Shown here in pieces: positions 1 through 13,074 of a DNA stretch of 64,000 bases. Under the pieces are notes generated by a model. It was not told the origin of the DNA. It saw only the letters and a list, made by a program, of their open reading frames with translations, and searched no databases. The DNA is from Synechococcus sp. (GTDB lineage Bacteria > Cyanobacteriota > Cyanobacteriia > PCC-6307 > Cyanobiaceae), in assembly GCA_047284725.1 (NCBI GenBank), contig JBJBEO010000001.1, forward strand, positions 96,001 to 160,000, written 5' to 3'. Made by a program: the position numbers and the translations under genes. Positions within the stretch are counted from its first letter, which is position 1. Each line of letters starts with the position of its first letter.

Positions 1-1
1 A

Positions 2-154
2 GAGCGCCTGCAGTACGGCGATCAGCCACCGTCGCCTGAAGCCCCTGAACCGCCGTCAGCAACGGATTCACCAACGGAGTCACCGCAACAGCAGATCGAC
101 CGCTTGCGCGCCAAGGTGGCTGATCTCAACATCCGCCTGGACGGCACGCGCTGA
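2..154 (+). CDS. 3' end of a hypothetical protein (partial, runs off the window)
   Basis: Open frame from base 2 (...QQIDRLRAKVADLNIRLDGTR*). Its TGA overlaps the ATG of the next gene (TGATG coupling). Confidence 0.6.
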   Translation, partial: ERLQYGDQPPSPEAPEPPSATDSPTESPQQQIDRLRAKVADLNIRLDGTR

Positions 155-1833
155 TGACTCTCCAGTGGCTGCGCTCGCCCCTGCGCCGTGCTTTGCGGGG
201 CCTGCGTATCTGGCGTTCAGTCCTCACGCTGATTGTTTATCTCTGGTGGGATGGTCGTGACTGGACGTATCGCGGTGGCTGCACGCCAGCCCGGAAGATG
301 GCTCGTCAACAACGGCGTGCCCGGTGGTTGACGGCCGAATTGCTGGGGCTTGGTTCCGCCTTCATCAAGCTTGGACAGCTGCTCTCGGCTCGGCCTGATG
401 TGCTGCCTGCCGGGTGGGTGAGTGAACTTGCTGCTCTGCAAGACAGGGTTCCCCCTTTCTCCTTCGATCGAGCCCAGGCGTTGCTGGAAGAGGAGCTGGG
501 CCAGCGTTGTGCCGAGATCATCGACCTTGATCAGGAGCCCCTTGGTGCAGCATCGCTGGCTCAGGTGCACAGGGCGCGCCTGAGAAGTGGACGCCAGGTA
601 GTGCTCAAGATTCAGCGGCCTGGTCTCGAAAAGCTGTTCCGCCTCGACCTTGAAGTGATGCAGCAGGTGGCTGCCGTGCTCCAGCGTCACCCCAGTTGGG
701 GGCGTGGGCGTGACTGGGTGGCGATGGCCCAGGAATGTCGTCGGGTGTTGTTGCGGGAGCTTGATTTCCGCATGGAGGCGCAATACGCGGCCCGTTTCCG
801 TCAGCAGTTCCTGGATGAGCCCCGTGTTCGTGTGCCAGGAGTGATCTGGGAGCTGAGCAGCCGGCGTGTGCTTTGCCTCGATTACCTGCCGGGCATCAAG
901 GTGAATGACCGCCCAGCGCTCTTGGCAGCAGGTATCGATCCGACTGCTGTTGCGGAGATAGGTGCTGCCAGTTATCTCCAGCAACTGGTGCGGTTCGGGT
1001 TCTTTCATGCCGATCCTCATCCCGGCAATCTGGCTGTTGCCAGTGATGGAGCGCTCATCTACTACGACTTCGGGATGATGGGATTGCTGTCGGAGGGGTT
1101 GCGACGCCGGCTCGGTTCGATGGTGCGGGCTGCGGCCGCCCGTGATGCGGCAGGGCTCGTGTCGGAGATGCAGGCGGCCGGTGTGATCGCTGCCGACATC
1201 GATGTGGGGCCCGTGCGTCGCTTGGTGCGCGTGATGCTCAAGGAGGCCCTCACCCCTCCCTTCAGTTCGAACGTGATCGACAAGCTATCCGGAGACCTCT
1301 ACGAGCTCGTGTATGGCCAGCCGTTTCGCTTGCCCGTGGAACTGATCTTCGTGATGAGGGCGCTGTCCACGTTCGAGGGGGTGGGCCGCAGCCTGGATCC
1401 CGGCTTTAGCCTGGTGGGTATCGCCAAGCCCTACCTGCTGCCTCTGATGACCGCCAGTGGATCCAGCTCCAATGACCTGTTCAATGAGCTGGGTCGCCAG
1501 GTGGGAGCCCTGGGGAGCAAAGCCGTTGGCATCCCTCGGCGACTGGATGAAAGCCTGGAGCGGCTGGAGCAGGGGGATCTGCAACTGCAGATCCGCATGG
1601 GTGAGTCTGATCGCCAGTTCAGGCGGATGGTGACGGCTCAGCACGCCCTGGGGCAATCGGTGCTGCTTGCGGCGTTGACCCTGTCGGCGGCTCTCCTGGG
1701 CGCCAGTCCCCGCCCTGTCTGGGCCTTGCTGCCTGTTGTGGCTGGCGTGCCTGTCGGCATGGGGTGGTTGAAGTCGCAACTCAAGCTGCGGCGTGATGCC
1801 CGCGTGGAGGGCTTGTCCGGTTCAGCTCGCTGA
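154..1833 (+). CDS. AarF/ABC1/UbiB family atypical protein kinase
   Basis: Motifs FIKLGQLLS, AASLAQVH, VVLKIQRP, FFHADPHPGN and DFGM; hydrophobic C-terminus. Confidence 0.92.
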   Translation: MTLQWLRSPLRRALRGLRIWRSVLTLIVYLWWDGRDWTYRGGCTPARKMARQQRRARWLTAELLGLGSAFIKLGQLLSARPDVLPAGWVSELAALQDRVPPFSFDRAQALLEEELGQRCAEIIDLDQEPLGAASLAQVHRARLRSGRQVVLKIQRPGLEKLFRLDLEVMQQVAAVLQRHPSWGRGRDWVAMAQECRRVLLRELDFRMEAQYAARFRQQFLDEPRVRVPGVIWELSSRRVLCLDYLPGIKVNDRPALLAAGIDPTAVAEIGAASYLQQLVRFGFFHADPHPGNLAVASDGALIYYDFGMMGLLSEGLRRRLGSMVRAAAARDAAGLVSEMQAAGVIAADIDVGPVRRLVRVMLKEALTPPFSSNVIDKLSGDLYELVYGQPFRLPVELIFVMRALSTFEGVGRSLDPGFSLVGIAKPYLLPLMTASGSSSNDLFNELGRQVGALGSKAVGIPRRLDESLERLEQGDLQLQIRMGESDRQFRRMVTAQHALGQSVLLAALTLSAALLGASPRPVWALLPVVAGVPVGMGWLKSQLKLRRDARVEGLSGSAR

Positions 1834-1896
1834 AGGCGTCCATCCCACCGGACAAACGCCTCTCACCATGACCAGGGAACAACGCTGATCCAATGA

Positions 1897-3216
<1,320 letters not shown>

Positions 3217-3288
3217 CTATGGAATGCCCCCTGCAGCCCCCCTTCGCGCTTTGGCACCATGCGATGAGAACAGGCGGAACTGCAGCGC

Positions 3289-3690
3289 ATGCGCATGCTT
3301 CACACCATGCTCCGGGTGGGTGACCTGGAGCGCTCTCTGCGCTTCTACACCGAGGTGCTCGGTATGCAGCTGCTGCGGCGTAAGGACTACCCCTCCGGTC
3401 GTTTCACCCTTGCGTTTGTCGGTTACGGGCCGGAATCGGAGCAAACGGTGCTGGAGCTCACCCATAACTGGGATACCCAGGCCTACGACGTTGGAGATGG
3501 CTATGGCCACATTGCCCTGGGTGTGGAGGACATCGTTGGCACCTGTGCCGCCATTGCGGACCGGGGCGGTCGGGTCGTGCGCCAGCCCGGCCCGATGAAG
3601 CACGGCAACACGGTGATTGCGTTTGTTGAGGATCCCGATGGCTACAAAGTGGAATTGATCCAGCTTTCGTCTCGCTCGGACGCTGCTTAA
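3289..3690 (+). CDS. gloA: lactoylglutathione lyase (glyoxalase I)
   Basis: Motifs [23 protein letters not shown] and [10 protein letters not shown]. Confidence 0.96.
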   Translation: MRMLHTMLRVGDLERSLRFYTEVLGMQLLRRKDYPSGRFTLAFVGYGPESEQTVLELTHNWDTQAYDVGDGYGHIALGVEDIVGTCAAIADRGGRVVRQPGPMKHGNTVIAFVEDPDGYKVELIQLSSRSDAA

Positions 3691-3707
3691 CCAAGGTTCA
3701 ACCCGCC

Positions 3708-6518
3708 ATGACCTCTTCGGCCCGCACCAGCGTTGAACCACCTGCCAGCCTGACGGCAGAGCCTGATCGTTTCAGTGACGACGCCTGGGAGTTATTGCTT
3801 GCAGGCCAGGATCTGGCGCGCCGCTGGCGCCATGGCGAGCTCGATGTGGAGCATCTGCTGCAGGTGCTGTTCAGCGATCGTCGTTACGGCGACCTGGTTC
3901 GTGCGCTCAGCCTTGATCCCGAGGAACTGCTGGATCGCCTGGAGGGGTTTCTCGCAGATCAGCCGATGGCTCGTGGTGATGAGTTGTTCATCGGTGACGA
4001 TCTCGAAGACCTGCTGGAGCAGGCGGATCGCCAGCGTGCGCTTTGGGGTTCTCGCCTGATCGAGGTCTCCCATGTGCTGATGGCCATGGGGCGGGATCCA
4101 CGCCTGGGGGCGGAGTTGTTTGAGCGCCTCGGGTTGCCGGCGGATCGTCTCGAGGCGGAGGTGAGGCAGTGGCGCCCGGCGCAGAGGGCCTCCGTGGAGC
4201 AGAGAGCCGCGGGGTCTGCCCAGGTCGCGGAAGAGCCGAGGCAACCGACTTCGCAGGAGATCAAGCGACGTCGTGGATCTCGCCTCGCCCCAGAGCCGTC
4301 TATGCCGGGGGCTGAGCGCCCCAGAATTACGCCCCAGCCCGCTGATGCAGCACCACCGGACACGGTTCCTGAGGCGGAGCCGATGGCCCTCGATCTTTAC
4401 GGCCGCGATCTGACCGCAGCAGCAGCGGCCGGCACGTTGGATCCGGTCATCGGCCGCGACAGCGAAATTCGCCGTCTGATTAAGGTGCTGTCGCGCCGTG
4501 GCAAGAACAACCCTGTCTTGATCGGTGCTCCGGGTGTGGGTAAAACCGCGATCGCCGAATTGCTGGCCCAGCGGATCGTGGCTGGTGAGGTGCCGGAGTC
4601 GTTGCAAGGGCTGCGCTTGGTGGCGTTGGATGTGGGGGCGTTGATCGCCGGCGCCAAGTTCCGCGGTCAGTTTGAGGAGCGCTTGCGGGCGGTGCTGGCG
4701 GAGGTGAGTGATCCCGATGCCGGTGTGGTGTTGTTCATCGATGAGCTGCACACAGTGGTGAGCAGTGATCGCTCCAGTGCGGATGCCGGCAGTCTGCTGA
4801 AGCCAGCCCTGGCGCGTGGCGATCTGCGTTGCATTGCCGCCACGACACCTGAGGACTATCGCCGCACCGTGGAGAAAGATCCGGCCCTGCATCGGCGCTT
4901 CCAGCAGGTGCCGATCCTTGAACCTTCCCTCGAGCTCAGTGTCGAGATCCTGCGGGGCCTGAAGGAGCGCTACGAGCTGCACCACGGGGTCACCATCACC
5001 GATGAGGCCGTGGTGGCCTCGATCCGGCTTGCCGATCGCTACATCAGTGATCGCTGCCTACCGGACAAGGCGATCGATCTGATCGATGAAGCGGCCGCGC
5101 AACTCAAGATGGACGTCACCTCGAAACCCCAGGTGGTGGAGGATGCTGAGGCTGAGCTTCGGCGGGTGGAGTTGGCTTTGCTGGCGTCCGAACAGGCCCC
5201 TGAGGCGGAACGGATTCAGCTGCAGCGTTCAAGGCTTGAGGCCTCGAATCGCCTGGAGGATCTGCGCGAGCGGTGGCAGGCGGAACGGGATCAGCTGTCG
5301 GAACTGCGTCAGTTGCTGCAAGACGATGAGGATCTGCGCCACGCGATGGCGGAAGCAGAGCGCGGTGGTGACCTCGAGGAAGCCGCACGCCTGGAGTACG
5401 ACCAGCTGCATCGGGTGCAGCAGCGACGCAGCGATCTGGAGCAGACCCTGGCGGAGGCGCAGTCGTCTGGCACGGCCTTACTGCGTGAGCAGGTGGAGGC
5501 AGGAGATATCGCTGATGTGGTCGCTCGATGGACCGGGATTCCCGTTCAGCGTCTGATGGCGGGGGAACGCCAGAAGCTGCTGGATCTGGAGGCGCATCTG
5601 GGTGAGCGGGTGATCGGTCAGCCGGAAGCGGTGCAGGCGGTGGCAGCGGCCATTCGACGTGCACGGGCCGGGATGAAGGATCCGCGCCGACCTGTGGGCT
5701 CTTTTCTGTTCCTGGGACCCACCGGGGTCGGCAAGACCGAACTGGCGAAAGCGCTGGCTGCCCTGCTCTTCGACGAGGAGGAGGCGTTGGTGCGCCTCGA
5801 CATGAGCGAATTCATGGAGCGCAATGCCGTGGCCCGTTTGCTGGGTGCGCCGCCTGGCTATGTGGGTTACGAGGAAGGGGGCCAGCTCACCGAGGCGGTG
5901 CGTCGTCGTCCCTATGCGCTGCTGCTGCTGGATGAGGTGGAGAAGGCTCACCCCGATGTGTTCAATGTGTTGCTGCAGGTGCTCGACGACGGTCGCCTCA
6001 CTGACTCGCAGGGCCGCACTGTCGATTTCCGCCACACGGTGGTGGTGATGACCAGCAACCTCGCCAGTCGCGCTATTCTGGACAGCGCGCGCCAGCGCCA
6101 GCAAGAAGGGGCTGATGCTCAGGCACTGGAGGCCACGCTCACAGCTCAGGTGGATGAGGCCCTTGGCCGGCAGTTCCGCCCGGAATTTCTCAATCGGATC
6201 GATGAGGTGATTCGCTTCCGTCCATTGGCTGTGGACGATCTCGTACGCATCGTTCGTCTGCAGCTCAAGGATCTCTCGACCTTGATGGCGGAGCAGGGGC
6301 TGGAGCTTGCGGTGGATCCTCCTGTCGTACGTGCGTTGGCCGAACTGGGGCATGAGCCGGAGTACGGGGCCCGCCCCCTGCGCCGCGTTCTGCGTCGGCA
6401 TCTGGAGAACCCCTTGGCGACGGAATTGCTGGAGGAGCGTTTCAGCGGTGCGCAGGTGGTGCGGATCAGTGCCGGTGAGAGCAGCGCTGATCCGTTCCGA
6501 TTTACGGCAGAGTCTTGA
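3708..6518 (+). CDS. clpB: ATP-dependent chaperone ClpB (cyanobacterial ClpB2-like)
   Basis: Clp N-domain, two AAA+ modules ([15 protein letters not shown] and [16 protein letters not shown]), coiled-coil middle domain, and GARPLRR. Confidence 0.93.
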   Translation: MTSSARTSVEPPASLTAEPDRFSDDAWELLLAGQDLARRWRHGELDVEHLLQVLFSDRRYGDLVRALSLDPEELLDRLEGFLADQPMARGDELFIGDDLEDLLEQADRQRALWGSRLIEVSHVLMAMGRDPRLGAELFERLGLPADRLEAEVRQWRPAQRASVEQRAAGSAQVAEEPRQPTSQEIKRRRGSRLAPEPSMPGAERPRITPQPADAAPPDTVPEAEPMALDLYGRDLTAAAAAGTLDPVIGRDSEIRRLIKVLSRRGKNNPVLIGAPGVGKTAIAELLAQRIVAGEVPESLQGLRLVALDVGALIAGAKFRGQFEERLRAVLAEVSDPDAGVVLFIDELHTVVSSDRSSADAGSLLKPALARGDLRCIAATTPEDYRRTVEKDPALHRRFQQVPILEPSLELSVEILRGLKERYELHHGVTITDEAVVASIRLADRYISDRCLPDKAIDLIDEAAAQLKMDVTSKPQVVEDAEAELRRVELALLASEQAPEAERIQLQRSRLEASNRLEDLRERWQAERDQLSELRQLLQDDEDLRHAMAEAERGGDLEEAARLEYDQLHRVQQRRSDLEQTLAEAQSSGTALLREQVEAGDIADVVARWTGIPVQRLMAGERQKLLDLEAHLGERVIGQPEAVQAVAAAIRRARAGMKDPRRPVGSFLFLGPTGVGKTELAKALAALLFDEEEALVRLDMSEFMERNAVARLLGAPPGYVGYEEGGQLTEAVRRRPYALLLLDEVEKAHPDVFNVLLQVLDDGRLTDSQGRTVDFRHTVVVMTSNLASRAILDSARQRQQEGADAQALEATLTAQVDEALGRQFRPEFLNRIDEVIRFRPLAVDDLVRIVRLQLKDLSTLMAEQGLELAVDPPVVRALAELGHEPEYGARPLRRVLRRHLENPLATELLEERFSGAQVVRISAGESSADPFRFTAES

Positions 6519-6594
6519 CGAGAGAGGCATCCGGTAAGGTGTCTGTTTGCCGGCAGGTGCTTCTCACACCGGCGTCAGCACCGGCCCCCGATTC

Positions 6595-6834
6595 GTGACC
6601 ACCCCCACTTCCGAGGACACAACAGCGACCACACCGCAGGAACCTTCTGGCGACAGCCGCAAGGGTGGATTTGTGGCTGCCACGTTGGCAGAGCTCAAGC
6701 TCGTGGTTTGGCCCACCCGCCAGCAGTTGTTCAGCGAATCCATCGCTGTGATCCTGATGGTGAGTCTGTCGGCGGCGGCGATTGCCTCGGTCAGTCGTTT
6801 CTTCAGCTGGTCTTCAGCTCAGGTCTTCCGGTGA
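6595..6834 (+). CDS. secE: preprotein translocase subunit SecE
   Basis: ELKLVVWPTRQQL motif plus one TM helix, directly upstream of nusG. GTG start at 6595 is inferred. Confidence 0.92.
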   Translation: MTTPTSEDTTATTPQEPSGDSRKGGFVAATLAELKLVVWPTRQQLFSESIAVILMVSLSAAAIASVSRFFSWSSAQVFR

Positions 6835-6896
6835 TCAGCGTTTCTTCGTGTCTGATTGCCTGATGTTGCGCTCTTCTCCTTTTTTCTGCTTCGCCC

Positions 6897-7556
6897 GTGT
6901 CTGACGTCGATCTCACTGCCCAAAGCTCCGAGGTGCTGGATCTGCCCGCTCCCAATGAGGGTGAGGAGGGTACGGCGTCTCAGGCACGCACATCCGTCGC
7001 CCGTTGGTATGCCGTGCAGGTGGCCTCCAGTTGTGAGAAAAAAGTGAAGGCCACCCTCGAGCAGCGGGCGGTGACGCTTGGTGTGAGCAATCGCATTCTC
7101 GAGATTGAGATCCCCGAAACCCCGGCAGTGAAGATCAAGAAGGACGGCAGCCGTCAATCCACGGAAGAGAAGGTTTTCCCCGGCTACGTGTTGGTGCGGA
7201 TGGTGCTTGACGAAGACACGATGATGGCCGTCCGCAGCACCCCGAACGTGATCAATTTTGTCGGTGCTGAAGATCGCCGTGCCACCGGTAAGGCACGCGG
7301 CCACATCAAACCGAGGCCTCTCAGCCGTTCGGAGGTGGACCGCATCTTCAAGCGCGCTGCCGAGAAGAAGACTGTGGTCAAGGTGGATCTCACCGAGGGC
7401 GATCAGATCCTGGTGACGGCAGGCCCGTTCAAGGATTTCCAGGGAGAGGTTATCGAAGTCTCCGGCGAGCGCAGCAAGCTCAAAGCCTTGCTTTCGATCT
7501 TTGGCCGGGAAACCCCGGTCGAACTCGAGTTCTCTCAAGTCAGCAAACAAGGCTGA
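6897..7556 (+). CDS. nusG: transcription termination/antitermination factor NusG
   Basis: Motifs RWYAVQV, FPGYVLV, KOW motif GPFKDFQG, and IFGRETPVEL. Confidence 0.98.
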   Translation: MSDVDLTAQSSEVLDLPAPNEGEEGTASQARTSVARWYAVQVASSCEKKVKATLEQRAVTLGVSNRILEIEIPETPAVKIKKDGSRQSTEEKVFPGYVLVRMVLDEDTMMAVRSTPNVINFVGAEDRRATGKARGHIKPRPLSRSEVDRIFKRAAEKKTVVKVDLTEGDQILVTAGPFKDFQGEVIEVSGERSKLKALLSIFGRETPVELEFSQVSKQG

Positions 7557-7665
7557 TTCAGCGGCGGCCGTCTCCCTGTGGAGGGCGGCCTGAGGGATGG
7601 CTCTCCATCTCGCCGCGCCTGCCCTAAGGGTCAGGTGATCCGCAGCTGTCCAACCCTGCTAGCCG

Positions 7666-8091
7666 ATGGCCAAGAAAGTCGTAGCTGTGATCAAGCTGGC
7701 CCTTCAGGCCGGCAAAGCCAACCCTGCACCGCCCGTGGGCCCTGCCCTCGGTCAGCACGGGGTCAACATCATGGCGTTCTGCAAGGAATACAACGCCCGC
7801 ACGCAGGACAAGGCTGGGTTCGTGATCCCGGTGGAGATCTCGGTCTTTGAAGACCGCAGCTTCACCTTCATCACCAAGACGCCTCCGGCGTCGGTGCTGA
7901 TCACCAAAGCCGCTGGAATCGCCAAAGGTTCCGGTGAGTCCGCCAAGGGAAGCGTTGGTTCCATCAACCGCGCCCAGCTCGAGGAAATCGCCAAGACCAA
8001 GCTGCCCGATCTCAACTGCACCAGCGTTGAGTCGGCCATGCGCATCATCGAAGGCACCGCCCGCAACATGGGCGTCGCCATCAGCGACTGA
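7666..8091 (+). CDS. rplK: 50S ribosomal protein L11
   Basis: [18 protein letters not shown] and GTARNMG. Confidence 0.99.
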   Translation: MAKKVVAVIKLALQAGKANPAPPVGPALGQHGVNIMAFCKEYNARTQDKAGFVIPVEISVFEDRSFTFITKTPPASVLITKAAGIAKGSGESAKGSVGSINRAQLEEIAKTKLPDLNCTSVESAMRIIEGTARNMGVAISD

Positions 8092-8175
8092 CGCGCGCAG
8101 CGTCACAGCGTTTTCCGCATTCCGTTCACCCCATTGGGGGAGACCGTTCCGGTCGCCTGAACCCCACCCCTGACT

Positions 8176-8883
8176 ATGCCCAAACTCTCCAAGCGTCTGG
8201 CCAGCCTCGTCAGCAAGATCGAGGACCGTGCCTACGAACCCCTTGACGCCATCAAGATCGTCAAGGACAACGCGAACGCCAAGTTCGACGAAACGATCGA
8301 AGCGCATGCCCGCCTCGGCATTGATCCCAAGTACACCGACCAGCAGCTGCGCACCACGGTGGCTCTGCCTGAAGGCACTGGTCAAACCGTCCGGATCGCG
8401 GTGGTTGCCCGCGGTGAAAAGGTGGCTGAGGCCAAAGCCGCTGGCGCTGAACTCGCTGGTGATGATGACCTGGTGGAGACCATCGCCAAGGGCGACATGG
8501 ATTTCGACCTGCTGATCGCCACCCCCGACATGATGCCCAAGGTGGCCAAGCTGGGCCGGGTGCTCGGCCCCCGCGGCTTGATGCCGAACCCCAAGGCAGG
8601 CACCGTGACCACCGATCTTGCAGCAGCCATCAAGGAATTCAAGGCCGGAAAACTTGAATTCCGTGCTGATCGCACCGGCATCGTTCACGTGCGTTTCGGC
8701 AAGGCCAGCTTCTCGGCTGAGGCGCTGCTGACCAACCTCAAAACCCTGCAGGAAACCATCGACCGCAACAAGCCCTCCGGTGCGAAAGGTCGTTACTGGA
8801 AGAGCCTGTATGTGACCTCCACCATGGGTCCATCGGTGGAAGTTGACATCTCCGCCCTCCAGGGCATCGACCAAGAAGGCTGA
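8176..8883 (+). CDS. rplA: 50S ribosomal protein L1
   Basis: [24 protein letters not shown] and STMGPS. Confidence 0.99.
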   Translation: MPKLSKRLASLVSKIEDRAYEPLDAIKIVKDNANAKFDETIEAHARLGIDPKYTDQQLRTTVALPEGTGQTVRIAVVARGEKVAEAKAAGAELAGDDDLVETIAKGDMDFDLLIATPDMMPKVAKLGRVLGPRGLMPNPKAGTVTTDLAAAIKEFKAGKLEFRADRTGIVHVRFGKASFSAEALLTNLKTLQETIDRNKPSGAKGRYWKSLYVTSTMGPSVEVDISALQGIDQEG

Positions 8884-8928
8884 TCTTCCGCATGGATGGG
8901 TGCCGCTCCCGCAGCGGCTCCATCACAG

Positions 8929-8956
8929 GCCTTCCCTTTGCGGGGAAGGCTTTGTT
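8929..8956 (+). terminator. putative intrinsic terminator after rplA
   Basis: GCCTTCCC / GGGAAGGC stem followed by TTTGTT. Confidence 0.55.
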
Positions 8957-9000
8957 GTAGGTTGAAAGACTGGCGAAAGCCAGACGGGCATGCGCCCGGC

Positions 9001-9070
9001 CCAAGACAGCAGGTCGTCGCTGAATTGGAACCTTCGGTTTCGCTCAGTTGACATAAGCCCTGCCGAGGCA
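9001..9070 (+). promoter_or_regulatory. ribosomal protein L10 leader (autoregulatory cis-RNA)
   Basis: CCAAGACAGCAGG...TAA..CCTGCCGAGG signature upstream of rplJ-rplL. Boundaries are approximate. Confidence 0.7.
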
Positions 9071-9180
9071 GACGCAACGATTTCTCCCTTTGGGATTGGA
9101 TCGGCACGCGGCCTCGTCTCCGTCAGGAGATTTGATCGGCCGTATGCCCAGCTTGTTCCCCTCGATCCGATCCAATTCCT

Positions 9181-9708
9181 ATGGGCCGCACGCTGGAGAG
9201 CAAGCAACAGATCGTCGAAGAGCTCAAGCAGCTCCTTGGCGAGGCCGAAATGGCACTGGTCCTGGATTACCAGGGTCTTTCCATCAAGGAGATGTCTGAT
9301 CTGCGGACGCGTCTGCAGGCCAGCAACGGTGTGTGCAAGGTGACCAAAAACACCTTGATGCGTCGTGCAATTGATGGCGACAGTGCTTGGTCGGAACTCG
9401 ATTCCCTGCTGACGGGGACCAACGCATTCGTTCTGGTGAAGGGCGATGTCGGTGGTGCTGTGAAGGCTGTTCAAGCCTTCCAGAAGGACACCAAGAAGTC
9501 TGAGACCAAAGGAGGCCTTTTCGAAGGCAAGCTCCTGTCTCAGTCCGAGATCAAAGCCATTGGCGACCTTCCTTCCAAGGAAGTACTCATGGCCCAGATT
9601 GCCGGTGCCGTCAACGCAGTGGCCACCAAGGTGGCTGTTGGCATCAACGAAGTTCCCTCCGGTCTCGCTCGGGCGCTCAAGCAGCACGCCGAATCCGGCG
9701 ACAGCTGA
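9181..9708 (+). CDS. rplJ: 50S ribosomal protein L10
   Basis: DYQGLS, KVTKNTL and LPSKEVL; position between rplA and rplL. Confidence 0.98.
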   Translation: MGRTLESKQQIVEELKQLLGEAEMALVLDYQGLSIKEMSDLRTRLQASNGVCKVTKNTLMRRAIDGDSAWSELDSLLTGTNAFVLVKGDVGGAVKAVQAFQKDTKKSETKGGLFEGKLLSQSEIKAIGDLPSKEVLMAQIAGAVNAVATKVAVGINEVPSGLARALKQHAESGDS

Positions 9709-9755
9709 TCGTCTTCGACCCGACTGTTTTTTTGATCTGTTGCTGATTCCCAACC

Positions 9756-10145
9756 ATGTCTGCTACTACCGACCAAATTCTCGAGCAACTGAAGTCGCTC
9801 TCCCTGCTTGAAGCTTCCGAGCTTGTCAAGCAGATTGAAGAGGCTTTCGGTGTGTCCGCCGCTGCATCTGCTGGTGTGGTGATGGCTGCTCCCGGCGCCG
9901 CTGCTGGCGGTGGCGAGGCTGCTGAAGAGAAGACCGAGTTTGATGTTGTGCTGGAGAGCTTCGACGCTTCCGCCAAGATCAAGGTCCTCAAGGCCGTTCG
10001 CGAAGCCACCGGTCTGGGCCTGGGCGATGCCAAGGCTCTCGTCGAGGCTGCCCCCAAGGCTGTCAAGGAAGGCGCGTCCAAGGACGAAGCCGAAGCCCTC
10101 AAGAAGGCCATCGAAGAGGCAGGCGGCAAGGTCACCCTCAAGTGA
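9756..10145 (+). CDS. rplL: 50S ribosomal protein L7/L12
   Basis: [18 protein letters not shown] and [11 protein letters not shown]. Confidence 0.99.
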   Translation: MSATTDQILEQLKSLSLLEASELVKQIEEAFGVSAAASAGVVMAAPGAAAGGGEAAEEKTEFDVVLESFDASAKIKVLKAVREATGLGLGDAKALVEAAPKAVKEGASKDEAEALKKAIEEAGGKVTLK

Positions 10146-10189
10146 TCACCGTGTCGAAGCTCGCTTCGGCCTCTTTTCTCAGTTCCGTG

Positions 10190-10221
10190 CCGGCTGCTCC
10201 TCTGGAGACAGCCGGTTTTTT
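10190..10221 (+). terminator. intrinsic terminator after rplL
   Basis: CCGGCTG-CTCC-TCT-GGAG-A-CAGCCGG stem followed by six T. Confidence 0.8.
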
Positions 10222-10245
10222 GTGGCGTGGGTGCGCTCGCCAGAG

Positions 10246-10986
10246 TCAGGGGCGGAACGGAATCACCTGCAGCCGGATTGGACCGTCACTGTTTTGATTG
10301 GTGCGACGCGAGGCCCACTGGGTTGCTTTCGGTGGCTGCGGGGCACGCAGACCAGGGCTTTTGAAGGTCAGTGTTGTCGGTCGCTCCCCGGCTCTGGCCA
10401 GCAGGGTCTCAGTGGAGTCGGCATGGGCGAAGTACACGTGGCTGAGGGTGCGGCCCTTGTAGGCCCGCCGTTCCAGATTCCAGCCGGGTTCGAGTTTGAG
10501 TTTCACAAACGCATTGCGATTGCGCACCGGCCGTTCAGCGCGGGCCACCACGATCGGCACGCCTCGGTCGGGATCCATGGCAGAGAGCTTGAGTCCCTGT
10601 TGATCGGTGTCCAGCCGCAGCCGGAAAGACGACGCCATGTCGCTGCCCGCTGTGCGCAGTGAATAGCCATTGCTGTCGAGATAGCGGCTGCAGATACCGG
10701 TGAAATCGAAGCTGTTCAGCGATGGGGTCACCAGGCCATCTCGCCGTTCTTCCCAGCACAGCGGCTTGGCCTTGATCTGCTCCAGCACCAGGAGCTTCCA
10801 GCGATTGCTCCCCACGGCCTGGGCGAGCACCGCGAAGCGATCCTGATCCAAGGGACGGCTGTCAAACAGACTGGCCGCTGCGAGGGGAATTCCGGCGGCG
10901 GCAACGGCTGAGGTGGTGATCAGCGCAAGCGCATGGCCATGCCCCAGCAGCGGCCATGGGCGGCGGTCAGGGTAGGTTCGCGGCAT
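10246..10986 (-). CDS. DUF3747-like secreted cyanobacterial protein
   Basis: Signal-peptide-like N-terminus; [19 protein letters not shown] and GRTLSHVYF resemble this cyanobacterial family. Confidence 0.75.
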   Translation of the reverse strand: MPRTYPDRRPWPLLGHGHALALITTSAVAAAGIPLAAASLFDSRPLDQDRFAVLAQAVGSNRWKLLVLEQIKAKPLCWEERRDGLVTPSLNSFDFTGICSRYLDSNGYSLRTAGSDMASSFRLRLDTDQQGLKLSAMDPDRGVPIVVARAERPVRNRNAFVKLKLEPGWNLERRAYKGRTLSHVYFAHADSTETLLARAGERPTTLTFKSPGLRAPQPPKATQWASRRTNQNSDGPIRLQVIPFRP

Positions 10987-11045
10987 GGCTGAAGCTCCAC
11001 CAAGGAACGAATCTGTGTTCTACCGAATCTGGCGCGGAGAGACCA

Positions 11046-11825
11046 ATGGTTGAGGGTCGGGGTCGGGTGGTGGCTGCTGCGACGGATGGTGCCTGCAGCG
11101 GCAATCCCGGCCCCGGGGGCTGGGGTGCGTTGCTGCGCTTTGAAGACGGCAGTGTGGAGGAATTCGGCGGATCAGCACCGGCCACCACGAACAACCGCAT
11201 GGAGTTGCAGGCCGCTCTGGCGGTGCTGGAGCGTCTGAAGGAGCTGCCCCGTCATCCCGATCTGCGCCTTCGAACCGATAGCAAATATCTGATCGATGGC
11301 CTTGGCTCCTGGATGAAGGGCTGGAAGCGCAAGGGGTGGAAGACGGCCGCCGGTAAGCCCGTTCTCAACCAGGATCTCTGGCAGGCCCTTGACCGTGCGC
11401 GCCTGGATGATGTGCCGTTGGCTTATGTGAAGGGGCACAGCGGTGACCCTGACAACGAGCGGGTGGATCAGATCGCCGTGGCGTTTTCCCGTGGCCAGCA
11501 GCCGGTGCCGGAACGGGGGGGCGAGTCTCAGCCGGTTGCTGGGAATGACCAGGAGGTGGAGGCTGCGTCAGATCAGCCCGTGGACGATCCGGCACCTCCC
11601 GCCCTGCAGCGCCTGCTCAGTCGTCTGGAGCTGGCTGATCGTTTGGCCCAGGGCGGTTATTCACTCACCCTGATCGAACTGGCCCAGCTGGTGGAGCAAC
11701 CGTTGGCCAAGCTTGAGCAGCGGCAGGGGATCTGGCGTTGGCGCGACTGGGAGGTGCAGCCCTTGGATGGCGAGGGGCGGTGGTGTTTGCACCGTGCCGA
11801 GGCAGGATCAACACAAACGGGATGA
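11046..11825 (+). CDS. rnhA: ribonuclease HI with C-terminal extension
   Basis: [33 protein letters not shown] and VKGHSG..NERVD. ATG start at 11046 is inferred. Confidence 0.95.
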   Translation: MVEGRGRVVAAATDGACSGNPGPGGWGALLRFEDGSVEEFGGSAPATTNNRMELQAALAVLERLKELPRHPDLRLRTDSKYLIDGLGSWMKGWKRKGWKTAAGKPVLNQDLWQALDRARLDDVPLAYVKGHSGDPDNERVDQIAVAFSRGQQPVPERGGESQPVAGNDQEVEAASDQPVDDPAPPALQRLLSRLELADRLAQGGYSLTLIELAQLVEQPLAKLEQRQGIWRWRDWEVQPLDGEGRWCLHRAEAGSTQTG

Positions 11826-11832
11826 GGCCGGT

Positions 11833-13041
11833 ATGGGTCAGCCGTCGCGGACGGGGCGGGGGTCGCAGGGATCTGGTTCGTCTGGCCCCTTGTCAGCTGG
11901 GGGCTTCTATCAACGCTGGTTGGGTCCGGTGCTGGCGAATGATGAGGGCCTGGATGCCGAGCAACTCAGCCGCACGGCGCTGACGGCACTGGGTCAGGCG
12001 AGTCTGCGGCGCCATTGGCCGGGGATCTCCACCATGCTGGAGGGCGTCGCTGCTGATCTGCAGCGTCGTGATGTCCGTCTGGAGCAGGTGCTGTTCGGCT
12101 GTCGCTTCAGCAATCCCGTGGGTTTGGCGGCAGGATTCGACAAAAATGGGGTGGCTGCTGGGCTGTGGGACCGGTTCGGCTTCGGTTTTGCCGAGGTGGG
12201 CACGGTCACCTGGCATGCCCAGCCAGGTAACCCCCGGCCCAGGCTGTTCCGTCTGGCGGCGGAGCAGGCGGCCCTGAATCGCATGGGTTTCAACAACAAC
12301 GGTGCCGAAGTGATGGTGCGGACGCTCCAACGCCAGCAGTTGCCGCCGCCCGGCCAGCGGCCGGCGGTGCTGGGCATCAATCTCGGCAAATCCAAGATCA
12401 CCAGTCTGGAGCTGGCCCCCGACGATTACGCCTCCTCGCTGGAGTTGCTGGCGCCGATGGCCGATTACGCCGTGATCAATGTCAGTTCCCCCAACACGCC
12501 CGGGTTGCGCGACCTGCAGGATGCTTACCAGCTGCGCCGTCTGGTGGAGCGCTTGCGGCGGCTGCAGGCTTGCCCGCCTCTGTTGGTGAAGATCGCGCCC
12601 GATCTCGATGACGAGGCGATTGATGGCATTGCCCGTCTCGCCTATGAAGAGGGCCTGGCCGGGGTGATTGCAGTGAACACCAGCCTGGACCGGCTGGGCC
12701 TCGAGCAGAGGGTGCTGTCCCAGACCGGTCGCAGCCTGGCTGAAGAGGCCGGAGGTCTCAGTGGTGCCCCCCTGCGCCAGCGGGCGTTGGAAGTGATGCG
12801 ACGTCTGCGGGCCATGGCCGGACCATCGTTGCCCTTGATTGGTGTGGGCGGGGTGGACTCCCCGGAAGTGGCGTGGGAGCGGATCACCGCCGGGGCTTCA
12901 TTGATTCAGCTGTACACCGGCTGGATTTTCCAGGGGCCGGATTTGGTGCCCAGGATCCTTGACGGGCTGAGCGATCAGCTCGATCGCCACGGCTTCCGCC
13001 ATCTCCGTGATGCGGTGGGGAGCGGCGTGCCCTGGCAATGA
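11833..13041 (+). CDS. pyrD: quinone-dependent dihydroorotate dehydrogenase
   Basis: [40 protein letters not shown] and GGLSGAPL. Confidence 0.97.
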   Translation: MGQPSRTGRGSQGSGSSGPLSAGGFYQRWLGPVLANDEGLDAEQLSRTALTALGQASLRRHWPGISTMLEGVAADLQRRDVRLEQVLFGCRFSNPVGLAAGFDKNGVAAGLWDRFGFGFAEVGTVTWHAQPGNPRPRLFRLAAEQAALNRMGFNNNGAEVMVRTLQRQQLPPPGQRPAVLGINLGKSKITSLELAPDDYASSLELLAPMADYAVINVSSPNTPGLRDLQDAYQLRRLVERLRRLQACPPLLVKIAPDLDDEAIDGIARLAYEEGLAGVIAVNTSLDRLGLEQRVLSQTGRSLAEEAGGLSGAPLRQRALEVMRRLRAMAGPSLPLIGVGGVDSPEVAWERITAGASLIQLYTGWIFQGPDLVPRILDGLSDQLDRHGFRHLRDAVGSGVPWQ

Positions 13042-13074
13042 CCGGTACCCTTCGGGAACAGATGCAAAGGTTCG

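Noticed and set aside
3792..8874. Long antisense ORFs (e.g. 3792-4985, 5478-6530, 7624-8874; also 24168-25331, 29520-30905, 32319-33884, 57127-58443, 58784-60037)
   Set aside because: These are shadow frames opposite well-supported genes in GC-rich DNA and carry no protein motifs.
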